A model generated the notes under the pieces. It saw only the letters and a list, made by a program, of their open reading frames with translations. It was not told the origin of the DNA and did no database searches. A stretch of DNA of 64,000 nt, taken from contig JBNKCR010000017.1 of assembly GCA_050287845.1 (NCBI GenBank), positions 1 to 64,000 on the forward strand. The letters are read 5' to 3'. Position numbers and translations under genes: made by a program. Below, one piece after another: positions 59,191-64,000 of the stretch (positions are counted from its first letter, which is position 1; the number at the start of each line of letters is the position of its first letter). The stretch is from Polyangia bacterium. Its GTDB lineage: Bacteria; Myxococcota_A; Polyangia; JAAYKL01.

Positions 59191-62013
59191 ATGGAAAAGA
59201 TTCCATATTCAGAAGCGGAAACCCGTCAGCAGCTTATTGATAAATCCCTGGCGCTGGCCGGGTGGAACGTGAACGATCCCTCTCAGGTAATACAGGAACT
59301 TGACATCTATATAGAGAACGTGGCCGTATCAAAAGTGGCCGACCCTTCCACGCCGTACCGGGGGCATAACTTCGCAGACTATGCGCTGATGATGGAAGGG
59401 AAACCCATCGCGGTTATTGAAGCCAAAAGAACATCCAAAGATGCACGGGCCGGGCAGGAGCAGGCGCTGCAATATGCGCAGAAGCTGCAACAGATTCATG
59501 GCGTTCTGATGCCGTTTGTGTTTTACACTAACGGATACGAAACATTTTTTTGGGAAGTGGACTTTTACCCGCCGGTGAGAGTGTATGGCTTTCCAACATT
59601 TAAAGACCTTCACTGGATGGACGAACGGCGTAAAAGCCGCAATCCCATGTCGGTTGAAATGATCAACCAGAATATTTCCGGCCGAGGGTATCAGCTGGAA
59701 GCCATCCGCTCTGTTCTTGAGAGTATTGAAAAAAAGCGAAGAGATTTTTTACTGGTCATGGCCACCGGTACCGGAAAAACCCGTACCGCCATGGGAATGC
59801 TTGATGTGATTATTCGTGCCCACTGGGCCAAACGGGTATTGTTTCTGGTGGATCGCATTGCCCTTGGAGATCAGGCGCTGGATGCATTCAGGGAACACAT
59901 TCCCGCCGCGCCATCGTGGCCGCAAAAAAACGAACGGGATTTCACACCAAACCGCCGCGTTTATGTAACCACCTACCCAACAATGCTGAACCTGATTGAA
60001 AAGGGCACTACGCCACAGGATTGGATTTCGCCGTTCTTTTTCGATGTCATCGTGGCAGATGAGTCCCACCGAAGCATTTACAACACCTACAAACAGGTGC
60101 TCGACTATTTTAACGCTATTCGGATAGGACTCACCGCAACGCCCACAAACCACATTGACCACGACACGTTTAAACTCTTTGACTGCGATTCCCACGACCC
60201 CACGTTTGCGTATACTTTCGAGGAAGCCCTGGCACATGATCCGCCATATCTGACAGACTTCGAAGTGTTGAAAGTGCGCTCCAAGTTTCAGCTGGAAGGC
60301 ATTAAGGGCGGTGTGTTGCCTCCACAGGTGCAGCGTAAGCTGGTGGCAGAGGGCAAAGATATTGAAGAGATTGATTTTGAAGGCTCCGACTTGGAACGCA
60401 AGGTGACCAACTCAGGCACCAACGCGCTGATTGTTCGGGAGTTCATGGAAGAATGCATTAAGGACGAGTCGGGATCGCTGCCTGGCAAATCCATTATCTT
60501 TGCCATTTCCATGGCTCACGCCCGACGAATTCAGGAGCTGTTCGACCGAATGTATCCGGAGCACAAAGGCCAATTGGCGCGGGTGATTGTGTCTCAGGAA
60601 AAATTTGTACACAGCAAAGGCGGTCTGCTCGACCAGTTCAAAAATCAGGATATGCCCCGGGTAGCCATCTCGGTGGACATGCTGGATACGGGGGTGGATG
60701 TTCGAGAGATTGTAAATCTGGTGTTTGCCAAGCCGGTGTATTCGTATGTGAAGTTCTGGCAAATGATTGGTCGAGGCACCCGAGTACTTGATGACGACCC
60801 CGCCAAACGCAAACCATGGTGTCGCCATAAAGACAAGTTCCTTATCATTGATTGCTGGTCAAATTTTGAGTTTTTCAAGATGCAGCCCGAGGGAAAAGAG
60901 CCAGGGGCGCAAACCCCAATGGCGGTAAAGCTGTTCACCAAACGGCTTGATAAGCTGGAAGCCGCCTTTGCTGTTGAACGCACCGATGTGGTGGAAGCCG
61001 TTGTCAGCGATTTGAAAGCAGACCTTGCCACGCTGCCACAAAATAATGTGGTTGTAAGCGAAGCGCGCAAGGAACTCTCCAGAGTACGCGACGACCAATT
61101 TTGGACAACGTTGTCACCATCGGATCTGGGATTCCTAAGAAACAACGTGGCCCCGGTGTTGCGCGCGCGGCCGGGAATCGATATTAAAGCCATGCGCTTT
61201 GAAACCGAAGCGGTGGAACTGGGCACCGCGCTGCTTGCGGAAAACGCAGACCAGGTCACCGCCATTCGCGACAGTCTTATCGCGCAAATTGACGAACTGC
61301 CCCTTTCTGTGAATGTGGTGGTCAGAGAAAAAGAGCTGATTGAACAGACTAAAGAAACTGCCTTCTGGGCAACGCCAACCGAAGACAAAATCCGCTCATT
61401 GGTCAGCGCGCTGTCGCCACTGATGAGATTCCGCCAGCGAAAAACCGAATCGTTCATGACGCTGGATATTGAAGACCTCACAGTGGTGAAAGACTGGATT
61501 GAGTTCGGTCCCGAAAACGAGCGGATGTCCACCCGTGCGTACAGGGAAAGAGTTGAGCAGTATGTGCGCGATTTGGTGGAACAGAATCCGGTGGTGGCCA
61601 AAATCGCCAATGGTGAAGAAGTAGGCGAAACCGAAATCATGGCCCTGGCGCGCACTCTGAAAGACCACGACCCCCAAGTCACCGAAGAGTTACTGCGTAA
61701 AGTATACGATCACAAAACTGCCCGCTTCATCCAGTTCATCAAACACATCCTCGGCCTCGAAAAACTGGAATCCTGGCAGGAATCCGTAAACCACAAATTC
61801 GAAGCGTTCATCGCCGAACACAATACGTTTACTGCACTGCAAATCCGCTTTTTGCAGACCCTGAAAACGTTCATTCTGCAAACCGGAAAAGTAGAAAGAA
61901 AAGACCTGATAGCAGCGCCGTTTACCCAGATTCATCCCAGTGGCGTGCGCGGTGTTTTCAATGCTGGGGAGATTGAAGAAATCCTGAATTTCTCCAGCGG
62001 ATTTGTAGCGTAA
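59191..62013 (+). CDS. hsdR: type I restriction endonuclease subunit R (EcoAI/EcoEI-like)
   Basis: DY.L....P.AVIEAK nuclease motif, MATGTGKT, DESHR, GLTATP, DMLDTGVD, QMIGRGTR. Confidence 0.93.
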   Translation: MEKIPYSEAETRQQLIDKSLALAGWNVNDPSQVIQELDIYIENVAVSKVADPSTPYRGHNFADYALMMEGKPIAVIEAKRTSKDARAGQEQALQYAQKLQQIHGVLMPFVFYTNGYETFFWEVDFYPPVRVYGFPTFKDLHWMDERRKSRNPMSVEMINQNISGRGYQLEAIRSVLESIEKKRRDFLLVMATGTGKTRTAMGMLDVIIRAHWAKRVLFLVDRIALGDQALDAFREHIPAAPSWPQKNERDFTPNRRVYVTTYPTMLNLIEKGTTPQDWISPFFFDVIVADESHRSIYNTYKQVLDYFNAIRIGLTATPTNHIDHDTFKLFDCDSHDPTFAYTFEEALAHDPPYLTDFEVLKVRSKFQLEGIKGGVLPPQVQRKLVAEGKDIEEIDFEGSDLERKVTNSGTNALIVREFMEECIKDESGSLPGKSIIFAISMAHARRIQELFDRMYPEHKGQLARVIVSQEKFVHSKGGLLDQFKNQDMPRVAISVDMLDTGVDVREIVNLVFAKPVYSYVKFWQMIGRGTRVLDDDPAKRKPWCRHKDKFLIIDCWSNFEFFKMQPEGKEPGAQTPMAVKLFTKRLDKLEAAFAVERTDVVEAVVSDLKADLATLPQNNVVVSEARKELSRVRDDQFWTTLSPSDLGFLRNNVAPVLRARPGIDIKAMRFETEAVELGTALLAENADQVTAIRDSLIAQIDELPLSVNVVVREKELIEQTKETAFWATPTEDKIRSLVSALSPLMRFRQRKTESFMTLDIEDLTVVKDWIEFGPENERMSTRAYRERVEQYVRDLVEQNPVVAKIANGEEVGETEIMALARTLKDHDPQVTEELLRKVYDHKTARFIQFIKHILGLEKLESWQESVNHKFEAFIAEHNTFTALQIRFLQTLKTFILQTGKVERKDLIAAPFTQIHPSGVRGVFNAGEIEEILNFSSGFVA

Positions 62014-62099
62014 GAATAAGTCTCTTTCTTTCCGACGATTGTTCATTTTTAAAACATGGAACGATTTAATAAACATGGTAATAACCAGTTGATATTACC

Positions 62100-63194
62100 A
62101 TGTTTAACGAGTACATTACCACTATTCAAAAGGTGGAAAAATTGAACTCGATTGACTATAAAATATTGAAATCATTAGTTTTAAGTGTGGAACAGGCGTC
62201 GGCGATGCGGGCGATTGGGGAGTACAAGGGTCGGCAGGAGCTGTATACCCGGCAGACACCCGAAGTGCTGGAGTCCCTGAAAGAGGTTGCCGTTATTGAA
62301 TCCACGGAGTCGTCCAATCGGCTGGAGGGGATTGAAGCGCCTCACCAGCGGGTAGAGGCCATTGTAAAAAAGAGCACCCAGCCCAGGGACCGCTCTGAGC
62401 AGGAAATCGCCGGGTATCAGGATGCGCTGGCCATGATTCATGAATCGGCCCAGTACATGCCATTTAGCCCCAATGTGATTCAGCAGCTTCACTCCACCAT
62501 TTATCGGTACCACGTTAGCGATGGCGGCAAGTGGAAGCCCACTGACAATTCCATTGTGGAAAAGGATAGTGCGGGAAATATCACCCGCGTGCGGTTTGAA
62601 ACGGTAAGCGCGGTGGAAACCCCTGGCGCAATGGAGCGACTTGGAAGCCTGTACAAAACAGCGTCGGAAAGTCACGACCTGGAAGCGCTGATACTGGTGC
62701 CGCTCACGGTGCTCGATTTTTTGTGCATTCACCCGTTTAGAGATGGCAATGGCCGAGTGGGTCGGCTGATTACGTTAATGCTTTTGTATCAGCATGGTTT
62801 CGAAGTGGGCCGGTACATCAGCCTGGAGCGCATCATCGAGGAATCGAAAGAATCGTACTACCGCACTCTCGAAAAGAGTTCTATCGGCTGGCACAAAGCA
62901 GAGCACGATCCCATGCCTTGGCTGGAGTATTTTTGGGGGATGCTGATAAAGGCCTACAAAGAATTTGAAGACCGCGTGGGAAATGTGCGCACCGGTAAGG
63001 GTTCAAAAACAGATCACGTGCGCGAAGCGGTGAGCAGGCGTATGCGCCCCTTTGCCATCTCGGAAATAGTAGTGGATTGCCCCGGGGTGAGCATGGACAT
63101 GATTCGAATTGTACTGCGCAAAATGAGAGATGAAGGATTGCTTATCCAGGAGGGTACCGGTCGCGGTGCCAAGTGGATAAGGAAGATGGATTGA
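62100..63194 (+). CDS. Fic-domain protein with C-terminal winged HTH
   Basis: Intact HPFRDGNGRVGR motif; SSNRLEG inhibitory-helix-like motif; C-terminal LIQEGTGRGAKW; real start may be TTG 62142. Confidence 0.92.
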   Translation: MFNEYITTIQKVEKLNSIDYKILKSLVLSVEQASAMRAIGEYKGRQELYTRQTPEVLESLKEVAVIESTESSNRLEGIEAPHQRVEAIVKKSTQPRDRSEQEIAGYQDALAMIHESAQYMPFSPNVIQQLHSTIYRYHVSDGGKWKPTDNSIVEKDSAGNITRVRFETVSAVETPGAMERLGSLYKTASESHDLEALILVPLTVLDFLCIHPFRDGNGRVGRLITLMLLYQHGFEVGRYISLERIIEESKESYYRTLEKSSIGWHKAEHDPMPWLEYFWGMLIKAYKEFEDRVGNVRTGKGSKTDHVREAVSRRMRPFAISEIVVDCPGVSMDMIRIVLRKMRDEGLLIQEGTGRGAKWIRKMD

Positions 63195-63214
63195 AATCAA
63201 TAGGAAACCCCTGA

Positions 63215-64000
63215 ATGCTGACACAAACACTCAAATCAAAAATAGACTCCCTCTGGGACAAATTCTGGTCGGGGGGTATCGCCAATCCGTTGACTGTGAT
63301 GGAACAAATCTCCTACCTGCTCTTTATGCACAGGCTGGATGCGGCCGATTTGAAACGCAAAGCAGATGCGGAATGGCTGGGTGAAAAGTACACTTCGGTA
63401 TTTGAAGGCAACGAAGAGTGCCGCTGGTCACGGTTTCGGCATAAGCCACCGGAAGAGATGCTCACCCATGTGCAAAACGACGTGTTTCCGTTTATTAAAA
63501 ACATGAAAAACGGCGGGCAGCGCTTTTCGCATCACATGAAAGATGCGGTGTTCATTATTCCCAAGCCGTCGCTGCTTGCCGAGGCGGTTGATGTCATCGA
63601 TGAGATTTATGCTGAAATTGAGCGGGAGCGTTCCGAGCAGGGGCAAAGCTTTCACGACACCCAGGGCGACCTGTACGAATATTTGCTTTCGGAGATATCA
63701 TCCGCCGGTAAAAACGGGCAGTTTCGCACCCCCAGGCACATTATTCAAATGATGTGTCATCTGGTAAACCCCAAACTGGGTGAGACCATTTGCGACCCCG
63801 CATGCGGCACGGGCGGCTTTTTGCTGGGCGCGTTTCAACATATACTCACTCAACACACCAGCGACAAGCTGCGCTGGCAGGACGAAAACAGCATGACCAA
63901 GGGCCCGGCAGGCGACAAGCTGACGGACCAGCGCCAGTGGGAGGTGCTGCGCAACAAAACATTTTATGGCTACGATTTTGACAGCACCATGGTGCGCATC
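63215..64000 (+). CDS. hsdM: type I R-M methyltransferase subunit M (partial, runs off the window; absent from the ORF track)
   Basis: MLTQTLKSKIDSLWDKFWSGGIANPL..EQISYLLF, GDLYEYLL, GKNGQFRTPRHII, DPACGTGGFL. Confidence 0.93.
   Translation, partial: MLTQTLKSKIDSLWDKFWSGGIANPLTVMEQISYLLFMHRLDAADLKRKADAEWLGEKYTSVFEGNEECRWSRFRHKPPEEMLTHVQNDVFPFIKNMKNGGQRFSHHMKDAVFIIPKPSLLAEAVDVIDEIYAEIERERSEQGQSFHDTQGDLYEYLLSEISSAGKNGQFRTPRHIIQMMCHLVNPKLGETICDPACGTGGFLLGAFQHILTQHTSDKLRWQDENSMTKGPAGDKLTDQRQWEVLRNKTFYGYDFDSTMVRI

Noticed and set aside
60645..61682. 345-aa minus-strand ORF, and similar long antisense ORFs over clpB, dnaJ, A2M and the MFS fusion
   Set aside because: Ser/Arg-rich shadows of well-supported genes on the other strand

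Overview
This 64 kb window looks chromosomal. Its gene repertoire (Asp-Ser/Asp-Thr-repeat and Cys-rich lipoproteins, a zinc-ribbon Ser/Thr kinase, a bactofilin pair, several sigma-54 promoters) suggests a myxobacterium-like deltaproteobacterium; that assignment is inference. The window appears to contain the replication origin. An AT-rich gap upstream of dnaN-recF (about 28.5-28.9 kb) carries DnaA boxes and DnaA-trio-like repeats, and the G/C strand bias seems to switch there by eye. Neither dnaA nor gyrB is adjacent. A second locus 10.8 kb away (39.57-39.75 kb) has two perfect parS palindromes, one directly abutting two tandem perfect DnaA boxes, at the end of a ~1.1 kb gene-free gap. Housekeeping genes include uvrB, tRNA-Phe, uppS-cdsA, a class II DnaJ, queC-queE, a phosphohexomutase, ssb, clpB, pepA and a Dus enzyme. 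Accessory content includes two paralogous Thr-nucleophile sulfatase-like lipoproteins, GH67 and GH45 lipoproteins, a Nif11-like small protein beside an orphan histidine kinase, and a GAF-GGDEF cyclase. It also includes a sigma-54 activator facing an MFS-PlsC-ACP-adenylation fusion, an alpha-2-macroglobulin, two related MITE-like palindromes, a TetR remnant, and the start of a type I R-M locus with a Fic gene inside it. I found no CRISPR array, integrase, transposase or reverse transcriptase. I cannot show from sequence alone that any system here is undescribed. The best candidates are the split origin/DnaA-parS architecture, the sigma-54 lipid module and the Nif11-kinase pair.
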